NCBI GenBank assembly: GCA_964016885.1
Contig: OZ024740.1
Span: forward strand, 25,544,001-25,608,000
Origin: Eledone cirrhosa
Taxonomy: Eukaryota
Length of the DNA stretch: 64,000 nucleotides
Direction: 5' to 3'
Below are positions 40,855 to 53,639 of the stretch, piece by piece (position 1 is the stretch's first letter; each line of letters starts with the position of its first letter). Below the pieces are notes generated by a model. That model saw only the letters and a program-made list of their open reading frames with translations. It searched no databases and was not told the DNA's origin. Made by a program: the position numbers and the translations under genes.

Positions 40855-43800
40855 TTGTAGTTACTTCTCTTGTAGTTGTAGTTACTTCTATTGTAGTTGT
40901 AGTTACTTCTCTTTTAGTTGTAGATACTTCTGTTGTAGATACATCTATTGTAGTTGTAGGTACTTCTATTGTAGTTGTAGTTACTTCTATTGTAGTTGTA
41001 GTTACTTCTATTGTAGTTGTAGTTACTTCTATTGTAGCTGTAGTTACTTCTATTGTAGTTGTAGTTATTTCTATTGTAGTTGTAGTTACTTTATTGTAGT
41101 TGTAGTTACTTCTCTTGTAGTTGTAGTTACTTCTATTGTAGTTGTAGTTACTTCTCTTTTAGTTGTAGATACTTCTGTTGTAGATACATCTATTGTAGTT
41201 GTAGGTACTTCTATTGTAGTTGTAGTTACTTCTATTGTAGTTGTAGTTACTTTATTGTAGTTGTAGTTACTTGTATTGTAGTTGTAGTTACTTCTATTGT
41301 AGTTGTAGTTACTACTATTGTAGTTGTAGTTACTTCTATTGTAGTTGTAGTTTGTTCTATTGTAGTTGTAGTTACTTCTATCGTAGGTGTAGTTACTTCT
41401 ATTGTAGTTGTAGTTACTTCTATTGTAGTTGTAGATACTTCTATTGTAGTTGTAGTTACTTCTATTGTAGTTGTAGATACTTCTATTGTAGTTGTAGATA
41501 CTTCTATTGTAGATGTAGATACTTCTATTATAGTTGTAGTTACTTCTATTGTAGTTGTAGATACTTCTATTGCAATTGTAGTTACTTCTATTGTAGTTGT
41601 AGTTACTTCTATTGTAGTTGTAGTTACTTCTCTTGTAGTTGTAGTTACTTCTCTTGTAGTTGTAGTTACTTCTATTGTAGTTGTAGTTACTTCTATTGTA
41701 GTTGTAGTTATTTCTATTGTAGTTGTAGTTACTTCTATTGTAGTTGTAGTTACTTCTATTGTAGTTGTAGTTACTTCTATTGTAGTTGTAGTTATTTCTA
41801 TTGTAGTTGTAGTTACTTCTATTGTAGTTGTAGTTACTTCTATTGAATTTGTAGTTACTTCTATTGTAGTTGTAGTTACTTCTCTTGTAGTTGTAGTTAC
41901 TTCTATTGTAGTTGTAGTTACTTCTCTTTTAGTTGTAGATACTTCTGTTGTAGATACATCTATTGTAGTTGTAGGTACTTCTATTGTAGTTGTAGTTACT
42001 TCTATTGTAGTTGTAGTTACTTCTATTGTAGTTGTAGTTACTTCTATTGTAGCTGTAGTTACTTCTATTGTAGTTGTAGTTATTTCTATTGTAGTTGTAG
42101 TTACTTTATTGTAGTTGTAGTTACTTCTCTTGTAGTTGTAGTTACTTCTATTGTAGTTGTAGTTACTTCTCTTTTAGTTGTAGATACTTCTGTTGTAGAT
42201 ACATCTATTGTAGTTGTAGGTACTTCTATTGTAGTTGTAGTTATTTCTATTGTAGTTGTAGTTACTTCTATTGTAGTTGTAGTTATTTCTATTGTAGTTG
42301 TAGTTACTTCTATTGTAGTTGTAGTTACTTCTATTGAATTTGTAGTTACTTCTATTGTAGTTGTAGTTACTTCTCTTGTAGTTGTAGTTACTTCTATTGT
42401 AGTTGTAGTTACTTCTCTTTTAGTTGTAGATATTTCTGTTGTAGATACATCTATTGTAGTTGTAGGTACTTCTATTGTAGTTGTAGTTACTTCTATTGTA
42501 GTTGTAGTTACTTCTATTGTAGTTGTAGTTACTTCTATTGTAGCTGTAGTTACTTCTATTGTAGTTGTAGTTATTTCTATTGTAGTTGTAGTTACTTTAT
42601 TGTAGTTGTAGTTACTTCTCTTGTAGTTGTAGTTACTTCTATTGTAGTTGTAGTTACTTCTCTTTTAGTTGTAGATACTTCTGTTGTAGATACATCTATT
42701 GTAGTTGTAGGTACTTCTATTGTAGTTGTAGTTACTTCTATTGTAGTTGTAGTTACTTTATTGTAGTTGTAGTTACTTGTATTGTAGTTGTAGTTACTTC
42801 TATTGTAGTTGTAGTTACTACTATTGTAGTTGTAGTTACTTCTATTGTAGTTGTAGTTTGTTCTATTGTAGTTGTAGTTACTTCTATCGTAGGTGTAGTT
42901 ACTTCTATTGTAGTTGTAGTTACTTCTATTGTAGTTGTAGATACTTCTATTGTAGTTGTAGTTACTTCTATTGTAGTTGTAGATACTTCTATTGTAGTTG
43001 TAGATACTTCTATTGTAGATGTAGATACTTCTATTATAGTTGTAGTTACTTCTATTGTAGTTGTAGATACTTCTATTGCAATTGTAGTTACTTCTATTGT
43101 AGTTGTAGTTACTTCTATTGTAGTTGTAGTTACTTCTCTTGTAGTTGTAGTTACTTCTCTTGTAGTTGTAGTTACTTCTATTGTAGTTGTAGTTACTTCT
43201 ATTGTAGTTGTAGTTATTTCTATTGTAGTTGTAGTTACTTCTATTGTAGTTGTAGTTACTTCTATTGTAGTTGTAGTTACTTCTATTGTAGTTGTAGTTA
43301 TTTCTATTGTAGTTGTAGTTACTTCTATTGTAGTTGTAGTTACTTCTATTGAATTTGTAGTTACTTCTATTGTAGTTGTAGTTACTTCTCTTGTAGTTGT
43401 AGTTACTTCTATTGTAGTTGTAGTTACTTCTCTTTTAGTTGTAGATACTTCTGTTGTAGATACATCTATTGTAGTTGTAGGTACTTCTATTGTAGTTGTA
43501 GTTACTTCTATTGTAGTTGTAGTTACTTCTATTGTAGTTGTAGTTACTTCTATTGTAGCTGTAGTTACTTCTATTGTAGTTGTAGTTATTTCTATTGTAG
43601 TTGTAGTTACTTTATTGTAGTTGTAGTTACTTCTCTTGTAGTTGTAGTTACTTCTATTGTAGTTGTAGTTACTTCTCTTTTAGTTGTAGATACTTCTGTT
43701 GTAGATACATCTATTGTAGTTGTAGGTACTTCTATTGTAGTTGTAGTTATTTCTATTGTAGTTGTAGTTACTTCTATTGTAGTTGTAGTTATTTCTATTG

Positions 43801-44470
43801 TAGTTGTAGTTACTTCTATTGTAGTTGTAGTTACTTCTATTGAATTTGTAGTTACTTCTATTGTAGTTGTAGTTACTTCTCTTGTAGTTGTAGTTACTTC
43901 TATTGTAGTTGTAGTTACTTCTCTTTTAGTTGTAGATATTTCTGTTGTAGATACATCTATTGTAGTTGTAGGTACTTCTATTGTAGTTGTAGTTACTTCT
44001 ATTGTAGTTGTAGTTACTTCTATTGTAGTTGTAGTTACTTCTATTGTAGCTGTAGTTACTTCTATTGTAGTTGTAGTTATTTCTATTGTAGTTGTAGTTA
44101 CTTTATTGTAGTTGTAGTTACTTCTCTTGTAGGTGTAGTTACTTCTATTGTAGTTGTAGTTACTTCTCTTTTAGTTGTAGATACTTCTGTTGTAGATACA
44201 TCTATTGTAGTTGTAGGTACTTCTATTGTAGTTGTAGTTACTTCTATTGTAGTTGTAGTTACTTTATTGTAGTTGTAGTTACTTGTATTGTAGTTGTAGT
44301 TACTTCTATTGTAGTTGTAGTTACTACTATTGTAGTTGTAGTTACTTCTATTGTAGTTGTAGTTTGTTCTATTGTAGTTGTAGTTACTTCTATCGTAGGT
44401 GTAGTTACTTCTATTGTAGTTGTAGTTACTTCTATTGTAGTTGTAGATACTTCTATTGTAGTTGTAGATA
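40855..44470. repeat. 1506-bp higher-order repeat (73 monomers), ~2.4 copies
   Basis: ORF starts at 41271, 42777 and 44283. Each unit has four 15-mers and three 20-mers (73x21-27=1506). Confidence 0.9.
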
Positions 44471-45559
44471 CTTCTATTGTAGATGTAGATACTTCTATTA
44501 TAGTTATAGTTACTTCTATTGTAGTTGTAGATACTTCTATTGCAATTGTAGTTACTTCTATTGTAGTTGTAGTTACTTCTATTGTAGTTGTAGTTACTTC
44601 TATTGTAGTTGTAATTACTTCTATTGTAGTTGTAGTTACTTCTATTGTAGTTGTAGATACTCCTATTGTAGTTGTAGATACTTCTATTGTTGTTGTAGTT
44701 ACTTCTATTGTAGTTGTAGTTACTTCTATTGTAGTTGTAGTTATTTCTATTGTAGTTGTAGTTACTTCTATTGTAGTTGTAGTTATTTCTATTGTAGTTG
44801 TAGATACTCCTATTGTAGTTGTAGATACTTCTATTGTAGATGTAGATACTTCTATTGTAGTTGTAGAAGCTTCTATTGTAGATGTTGTTACTCCTATTGT
44901 AGTTGTAGTTACTTCTATTGTAGTTGTAGTTACTTCTATTGTAGTTGTAGTTACTTCTATTGTATTTGTAGTTACTTCTATTGTAGTTGTAGTTACTTCT
45001 ATTGTAGTTGTAGTTACTTCTATTGTAGCTGTAGTTACTTCTATTGTAGTTGTAGTTATTTCTATTGTAGTTGTAGTTACTTCTATTGTAGTTGTAGTTA
45101 TTTCTATTGTAGTTGTAGTTACTTTATTGTAGTTGTAGTTACTTCTCTTGTAGTTGTAGTTACTTCTATTGTAGTTGTAGTTACTTCTCTTTTAGTTGTA
45201 GATACTTCTGTTGTAGATACATCTATTGTAGTTGTAGGTACTTCTATTGTAGTTGTAGTTACTTCTATTGTAGTTGTAGTTACTTCTATTGTAGTTGTAG
45301 TTACTTCTATTGTAGCTGTAGTTACTTCTATTGTAGTTGTAGTTATTTCTCTTGTAGTTGTAGTTACTTCTATTGTAGTTGTAGTTACTTCTCTTTTAGT
45401 TGTAGATATTTCTGTTGTAGATACATCTATTGTAGTTGTAGGTACTTCTATTGTAGTTGTAGTTACTTCTATTGTAGTTGTAGTTACTTCTATTGTAGTT
45501 GTAGTTACTTCTATTGTAGCTGTAGTTACTTCTATTGTAGTTGTAGTTATTTCTATTGT

Positions 45560-48500
45560 AGTTGTAGTTACTTTATTGTAGTTGTAGTTACTTCTCTTGT
45601 AGGTGTAGTTACTTCTATTGTAGTTGTAGTTACTTCTCTTTTAGTTGTAGATACTTCTGTTGTAGATACATCTATTGTAGTTGTAGGTACTTCTATTGTA
45701 GTTGTAGTTACTTCTATTGTAGTTGTAGTTACTTTATTGTAGTTGTAGTTACTTGTATTGTAGTTGTAGTTACTTCTATTGTAGTTGTAGTTACTACTAT
45801 TGTAGTTGTAGTTACTTCTATTGTAGTTGTAGTTTGTTCTATTGTAGTTGTAGTTACTTCTATCGTAGGTGTAGTTACTTCTATTGTAGTTGTAGTTACT
45901 TCTATTGTAGTTGTAGATACTTCTATTGTAGTTGTAGATACTTCTATTGTAGATGTAGATACTTCTATTATAGTTATAGTTACTTCTATTGTAGTTGTAG
46001 ATACTTCTATTGCAATTGTAGTTACTTCTATTGTAGTTGTAGTTACTTCTATTGTAGTTGTAGTTACTTCTATTGTAGTTGTAATTACTTCTATTGTAGT
46101 TGTAGTTACTTCTATTGTAGTTGTAGATACTCCTATTGTAGTTGTAGATACTTCTATTGTTGTTGTAGTTACTTCTATTGTAGTTGTAGTTACTTCTATT
46201 GTAGTTGTAGTTATTTCTATTGTAGTTGTAGTTACTTCTATTGTAGTTGTAGTTATTTCTATTGTAGTTGTAGATACTCCTATTGTAGTTGTAGATACTT
46301 CTATTGTAGATGTAGATACTTCTATTGTAGTTGTAGAAGCTTCTATTGTAGATGTTGTTACTCCTATTGTAGTTGTAGTTACTTCTATTGTAGTTGTAGT
46401 TACTTCTATTGTAGTTGTAGTTACTTCTATTGTATTTGTAGTTACTTCTATTGTAGTTGTAGTTACTTCTATTGTAGTTGTAGTTACTTCTATTGTAGCT
46501 GTAGTTACTTCTATTGTAGTTGTAGTTATTTCTATTGTAGTTGTAGTTACTTCTATTGTAGTTGTAGTTATTTCTATTGTAGTTGTAGTTACTTTATTGT
46601 AGTTGTAGTTACTTCTCTTGTAGTTGTAGTTACTTCTATTGTAGTTGTAGTTACTTCTCTTTTAGTTGTAGATACTTCTGTTGTAGATACATCTATTGTA
46701 GTTGTAGGTACTTCTATTGTAGTTGTAGTTACTTCTATTGTAGTTGTAGTTACTTCTATTGTAGTTGTAGTTACTTCTATTGTAGCTGTAGTTACTTCTA
46801 TTGTAGTTGTAGTTATTTCTATTGTAGTTGTAGTTACTTTATTGTAGTTGTAGTTACTTCTCTTGTAGTTGTAGTTACTTCTATTGTAGTTGTAGTTACT
46901 TCTCTTTTAGTTGTAGATACTTCTGTTGTAGATACATCTATTGTAGTTGTAGGTACTTCTATTGTAGTTGTAGTTACTTCTATTGTAGTTGTAGTTACTT
47001 TATTGTAGTTGTAGTTACTTGTATTGTAGTTGTAGTTTGTTCTATTGTAGTTGTAGTTACTTCTATCGTAGGTGTAGTTACTTCTATTGTAGTTGTAGTT
47101 ACTTCTATTGTAGTTGTAGATACTTCTATTGTAGTTGTAGTTACTTCTATTGTAGTTGTAGATACTTCTATTGTAGTTGTAGATACTTCTATTGTAGATG
47201 TAGATACTTCTATTATAGTTGTAGTTACTTCTATTGTAGTTGTAGATACTTCTATTGCAATTGTAGTTACTTCTATTGTAGTTGTAGTTACTTCTATTGT
47301 AGTTGTAGTTACTTCTATTGTAGTTGTAATTACTTCTATTGTAGTTGTAGTTACTTCTATTGTAGTTGTAGATACTCCTATTGTAGTTGTAGATACTTCT
47401 ATTGTTGTTGTAGTTACTTCTATTGTAGTTGTAGTTACTTCTATTGTAGTTGTAGTTACTTCTATTGTAGTTGTAGTTACTTCTATTGTAGTTGTAGTTA
47501 TTTCTATTGTAGTTGTAGTTAATTCTATTGTAGTTGTAGTTATTTCTATTGTAGTTGTAGATACTCCTATTGTAGTTGTAGATACTTCTATTGTAGATGT
47601 AGATACTTCTATTGTAGTTGTAGAAGCTTCTATTGTAGTTGTAGTTACTTTATTGTAGTTGTAGTTACTTCTCTTGTAGGTGTAGTTACTTCTATTGTAG
47701 TTGTAGTTACTTCTCTTTTAGTTGTAGATACTTCTGTTGTAGATACATCTATTGTAGTTGTAGGTACTTCTATTGTAGTTGTAGTTACTTCTATTGTAGT
47801 TGTAGTTACTTTATTGTAGTTGTAGTTACTTGTATTGTAGTTGTAGTTACTTCTATTGTAGTTGTAGTTACTACTATTGTAGTTGTAGTTACTTCTATTG
47901 TAGTTGTAGTTTGTTCTATTGTAGTTGTAGTTACTTCTATCGTAGGTGTAGTTACTTCTATTGTAGTTGTAGTTACTTCTATTGTAGTTGTAGATACTTC
48001 TATTGTAGTTGTAGATACTTCTATTGTAGATGTAGATACTTCTATTATAGTTATAGTTACTTCTATTGTAGTTGTAGATACTTCTATTGCAATTGTAGTT
48101 ACTTCTATTGTAGTTGTAGTTACTTCTATTGTAGTTGTAGTTACTTCTATTGTAGTTGTAATTACTTCTATTGTAGTTGTAGTTACTTCTATTGTAGTTG
48201 TAGATACTCCTATTGTAGTTGTAGATACTTCTATTGTTGTTGTAGTTACTTCTATTGTAGTTGTAGTTACTTCTATTGTAGTTGTAGTTATTTCTATTGT
48301 AGTTGTAGTTACTTCTATTGTAGTTGTAGTTATTTCTATTGTAGTTGTAGATACTCCTATTGTAGTTGTAGATACTTCTATTGTAGATGTAGATACTTCT
48401 ATTGTAGTTGTAGAAGCTTCTATTGTAGATGTTGTTACTCCTATTGTAGTTGTAGTTACTTCTATTGTAGTTGTAGTTACTTCTATTGTAGTTGTAGTTA

Positions 48501-49715
48501 CTTCTATTGTATTTGTAGTTACTTCTATTGTAGTTGTAGTTACTTCTATTGTAGTTGTAGTTACTTCTATTGTAGCTGTAGTTACTTCTATTGTAGTTGT
48601 AGTTATTTCTATTGTAGTTGTAGTTACTTCTATTGTAGTTGTAGTTATTTCTATTGTAGTTGTAGTTACTTTATTGTAGTTGTAGTTACTTCTCTTGTAG
48701 TTGTAGTTACTTCTATTGTAGTTGTAGTTACTTCTCTTTTAGTTGTAGATACTTCTGTTGTAGATACATCTATTGTAGTTGTAGGTACTTCTATTGTAGT
48801 TGTAGTTACTTCTATTGTAGTTGTAGTTACTTCTATTGTAGTTGTAGTTACTTCTATTGTAGCTGTAGTTACTTCTATTGTAGTTGTAGTTATTTCTATT
48901 GTAGTTGTAGTTACTTTATTGTAGTTGTAGTTACTTCTCTTGTAGTTGTAGTTACTTCTATTGTAGTTGTAGTTACTTCTCTTTTAGTTGTAGATACTTC
49001 TGTTGTAGATACATCTATTGTAGTTGTAGGTACTTCTATTGTAGTTGTAGTTACTTCTATTGTAGTTGTAGTTACTTTATTGTAGTTGTAGTTACTTGTA
49101 TTGTAGTTGTAGTTTGTTCTATTGTAGTTGTAGTTACTTCTATCGTAGGTGTAGTTACTTCTATTGTAGTTGTAGTTACTTCTATTGTAGTTGTAGATAC
49201 TTCTATTGTAGTTGTAGTTACTTCTATTGTAGTTGTAGATACTTCTATTGTAGTTGTAGATACTTCTATTGTAGATGTAGATACTTCTATTATAGTTGTA
49301 GTTACTTCTATTGTAGTTGTAGATACTTCTATTGCAATTGTAGTTACTTCTATTGTAGTTGTAGTTACTTCTATTGTAGTTGTAGTTACTTCTATTGTAG
49401 TTGTAATTACTTCTATTGTAGTTGTAGTTACTTCTATTGTAGTTGTAGATACTCCTATTGTAGTTGTAGATACTTCTATTGTTGTTGTAGTTACTTCTAT
49501 TGTAGTTGTAGTTACTTCTATTGTAGTTGTAGTTACTTCTATTGTAGTTGTAGTTACTTCTATTGTAGTTGTAGTTATTTCTATTGTAGTTGTAGTTAAT
49601 TCTATTGTAGTTGTAGTTATTTCTATTGTAGTTGTAGATACTCCTATTGTAGTTGTAGATACTTCTATTGTAGATGTAGATACTTCTATTGTAGTTGTAG
49701 AAGCTTCTATTGTAG
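45560..49715. repeat. 2077-bp tandem duplication
   Basis: ORF pairs 45753/47830 and 47019/49096. AAGCTT at 46337/48414 and 47624/49701. Confidence 0.88.
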
Positions 49716-51370
49716 ATGTTGTTACTTCTATTGTAGATGTAGTTACTTCTATTGTAGTTGTAGTTACTTCTATTGTAGTTGTAGTTATTTCTATTGTAGT
49801 TGTAGTTACTTCTATTGTAGTTGTAGTTACTTCTATTGTAGTTGTAGTTACTTCTATTGTAGTTGTAGTTACTTCTATTGTAGTTGTAGATACTTCTATT
49901 GTAGTTGTAGTTACTCCTATTGTAGTTGTAGTTACTTATATTGTAGTTGTAGTTACTCTATTGTAGTTGTAGTTACTTCTATTGTAGTTGAAGTTACTTT
50001 ATTGTAGTTGTAGTTACTTCTATTGTAGTTGTAGATACTTCTATTGTAGTTGTAGTTACTTCTATTGTAGTTGTAGTTACTTCTATTGTAGTTGTAGATA
50101 CTTCTATTGTAGTTGTAGTTACTTCTATTGTAGTTGTAGTTACTTCTATTGTAGTTGTAGTTACTTCTATTGTAGTTGTAGTTACTTCTATTGTAGTTGT
50201 AGTTACTTTATTGTAGTTGTAGTTACTTCTATTGTAGTTGTAGTTACTTCTATTGTAGTTGTAGATACTTCTATTGTAGTTGTAGTTACTTTATTGTAGT
50301 TGTAGTTACTTCTATTGTAGTTGAAGTTACTTTATTGTAGTTGTAGTTACTTCTATTGTAGTTGTAGATACTTCTATTGTAGTTGTAGTTACTTCTATTG
50401 TAGTTGTAGTTACTTTATTGTAGTTGTAGTTATTTCTATTGTAGTTGTAGTTACTTCTATTGTAGTTGTAGTTACTTCTATTGTAGTTGTAGTTACTTCT
50501 ATTGTAGATGTAGATACTTCTATTGTAGTTGTAGAAGCTTCTATTGTAGATGTTGTTACTTCTATTGTAGATGTAGTTACTTCTATTGTAGTTGTAGTTA
50601 CTTCTATTGTAGTTGTAGTTATTTCTATTGTAGTTGTAGTTACTTCTATTGTAGTTGTAGTTACTTCTATTGTAGTTGTAGTTACTTCTATTGTAGTTGT
50701 AGTTACTTCTATTGTAGTTGTAGATACTTCTATTGTAGTTGTAGTTACTCCTATTGTAGTTGTAGTTACTTATATTGTAGTTGTAGTTACTCTATTGTAG
50801 TTGTAGTTACTTCTATTGTAGTTGAAGTTACTTTATTGTAGTTGTAGTTACTTCTATTGTAGTTGTAGATACTTCTATTGTAGTTGTAGTTACTTCTATT
50901 GTAGTTGTAGTTACTTCTATTGTAGTTGTAGATACTTCTATTGTAGTTGTAGTTACTTCTATTGTAGTTGTAGTTACTTCTATTGTAGTTGTAGTTACTT
51001 CTATTGTAGTTGTAGTTACTTCTATTGTAGTTGTAGTTACTTTATTGTAGTTGTAGTTACTTCTATTGTAGTTGTAGTTACTTCTATTGTAGTTGTAGAT
51101 ACTTCTATTGTAGTTGTAGTTACTTTATTGTAGTTGTAGTTACTTCTATTGTAGTTGAAGTTACTTTATTGTAGTTGTAGTTACTTCTATTGTAGTTGTA
51201 GATACTTCTATTGTAGTTGTAGTTACTTCTATTGTAGTTGTAGTTACTTCTATTGTAGTTGTAGATACTTCTATTGTAGTTGTAGTTACTTCTATTGTAG
51301 TTGTAGTTACTTCTATTGTAGTTGTAGTTACTTCTATTGTAGTTGTAGTTACTTCTATTGTAGTTGTAGT
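49660..51370. repeat. 834-bp tandem duplication nested inside the 4729-bp unit
   Basis: ORFs 49988/50822 and 50321/51155. AAGCTT at 49701/50535. Confidence 0.87.
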
Positions 51371-53639
51371 TTGTTCTATTGCAGTTGTAGTTACTTCTAT
51401 CGTAGGTGTAGTTACTTCTATTGTAGTTGTAGTTACTTCTATTGTAGTTGTAGATACTTCTCTTGTAGTTGTAGTTACTTCTATTGTACTTGTAGATACT
51501 TCTATTGTAGTTGTAGATATTTCTGTTGTAGTTACTTCTATTGTAGGTGTAGTTACTTCAATTGTAGTTGTAGTTACTTCTATTGTAGTGGTAGTTACTT
51601 CTCTTGTAGTTGTAGTTACTTCTATTGAATTTGTAGTTACTTCTATTGTAGTTGTAGTTACTTCTCTTGTAGTTGTAGTTACTTCTATTGTAGTTGTAGT
51701 TACTTCTCTTTTAGTTGTAGATACTTCTGTTGTAGATACATCTATTGTAGTTGTAGGTACTTCTATTGTAGTTGTAGTTACTTCTATTGTAGTTGTAGTT
51801 ACTTCTATTGTAGTTGTAGTTACTTCTATTGTAGCTGTAGTTACTTCTATTGTAGTTGTAGTTATTTCTATTGTAGTTGTAGTTACTTTATTGTAGTTGT
51901 AGTTACTTCTCTTGTAGTTGTAGTTACTTCTATTGTAGTTGTAGTTACTTCTCTTTTAGTTGTAGATACTTCTGTTGTAGATACATCTATTGTAGTTGTA
52001 GGTACTTCTATTGTAGTTGTAGTTATTTCTATTGTAGTTGTAGTTACTTCTATTGTAGTTGTAGTTATTTCTATTGTAGTTGTAGTTACTTCTATTGTAG
52101 TTGTAGTTACTTCTATTGAATTTGTAGTTACTTCTATTGTAGTTGTAGTTACTTCTCTTGTAGTTGTAGTTACTTCTATTGTAGTTGTAGTTACTTCTCT
52201 TTTAGTTGTAGATATTTCTGTTGTAGATACATCTATTGTAGTTGTAGGTACTTCTATTGTAGTTGTAGTTACTTCTATTGTAGTTGTAGTTACTTCTATT
52301 GTAGTTGTAGTTACTTCTATTGTAGCTGTAGTTACTTCTATTGTAGTTGTAGTTATTTCTATTGTAGTTGTAGTTACTTTATTGTAGTTGTAGTTACTTC
52401 TCTTGTAGGTGTAGTTACTTCTATTGTAGTTGTAGTTACTTCTCTTTTAGTTGTAGATACTTCTGTTGTAGATACATCTATTGTAGTTGTAGGTACTTCT
52501 ATTGTAGTTGTAGTTACTTCTATTGTAGTTGTAGTTACTTTATTGTAGTTGTAGTTACTTGTATTGTAGTTGTAGTTACTTCTATTGTAGTTGTAGTTAC
52601 TACTATTGTAGTTGTAGTTACTTCTATTGTAGTTGTAGTTTGTTCTATTGTAGTTGTAGTTACTTCTATCGTAGGTGTAGTTACTTCTATTGTAGTTGTA
52701 GTTACTTCTATTGTAGTTGTAGATACTTCTATTGTAGTTGTAGATACTTCTATTGTAGATGTAGATACTTCTATTATAGTTATAGTTACTTCTATTGTAG
52801 TTGTAGATACTTCTATTGCAATTGTAGTTACTTCTATTGTAGTTGTAGTTACTTCTATTGTAGTTGTAGTTACTTCTATTGTAGTTGTAATTACTTCTAT
52901 TGTAGTTGTAGTTACTTCTATTGTAGTTGTAGATACTCCTATTGTAGTTGTAGATACTTCTATTGTTGTTGTAGTTACTTCTATTGTAGTTGTAGTTACT
53001 TCTATTGTAGTTGTAGTTATTTCTATTGTAGTTGTAGATACTCCTATTGTAGTTGTAGATACTTCTATTGTAGATGTAGATACTTCTATTGTAGTTGTAG
53101 AAGCTTCTATTGTAGATGTTGTTACTCCTATTGTAGTTGTAGTTACTTCTATTGTAGTTGTAGTTACTTCTATTGTAGTTGTAGTTACTTCTATTGTATT
53201 TGTAGTTACTTCTATTGTAGTTGTAGTTACTTCTATTGTAGTTGTAGTTACTTCTATTGTAGCTGTAGTTACTTCTATTGTAGTTGTAGTTATTTCTATT
53301 GTAGTTGTAGTTACTTCTATTGTAGTTGTAGTTATTTCTATTGTAGTTGTAGTTACTTTATTGTAGTTGTAGTTACTTCTCTTGTAGTTGTAGTTACTTC
53401 TATTGTAGTTGTAGTTACTTCTCTTTTAGTTGTAGATACTTCTGTTGTAGATACATCTATTGTAGTTGTAGGTACTTCTATTGTAGTTGTAGTTACTTCT
53501 ATTGTAGTTGTAGTTACTTCTATTGTAGTTGTAGTTACTTCTATTGTAGCTGTAGTTACTTCTATTGTAGTTGTAGTTATTTCTATTGTAGTTGTAGTTA
53601 CTTTATTGTAGTTGTAGTTACTTCTCTTGTAGTTGTAGT

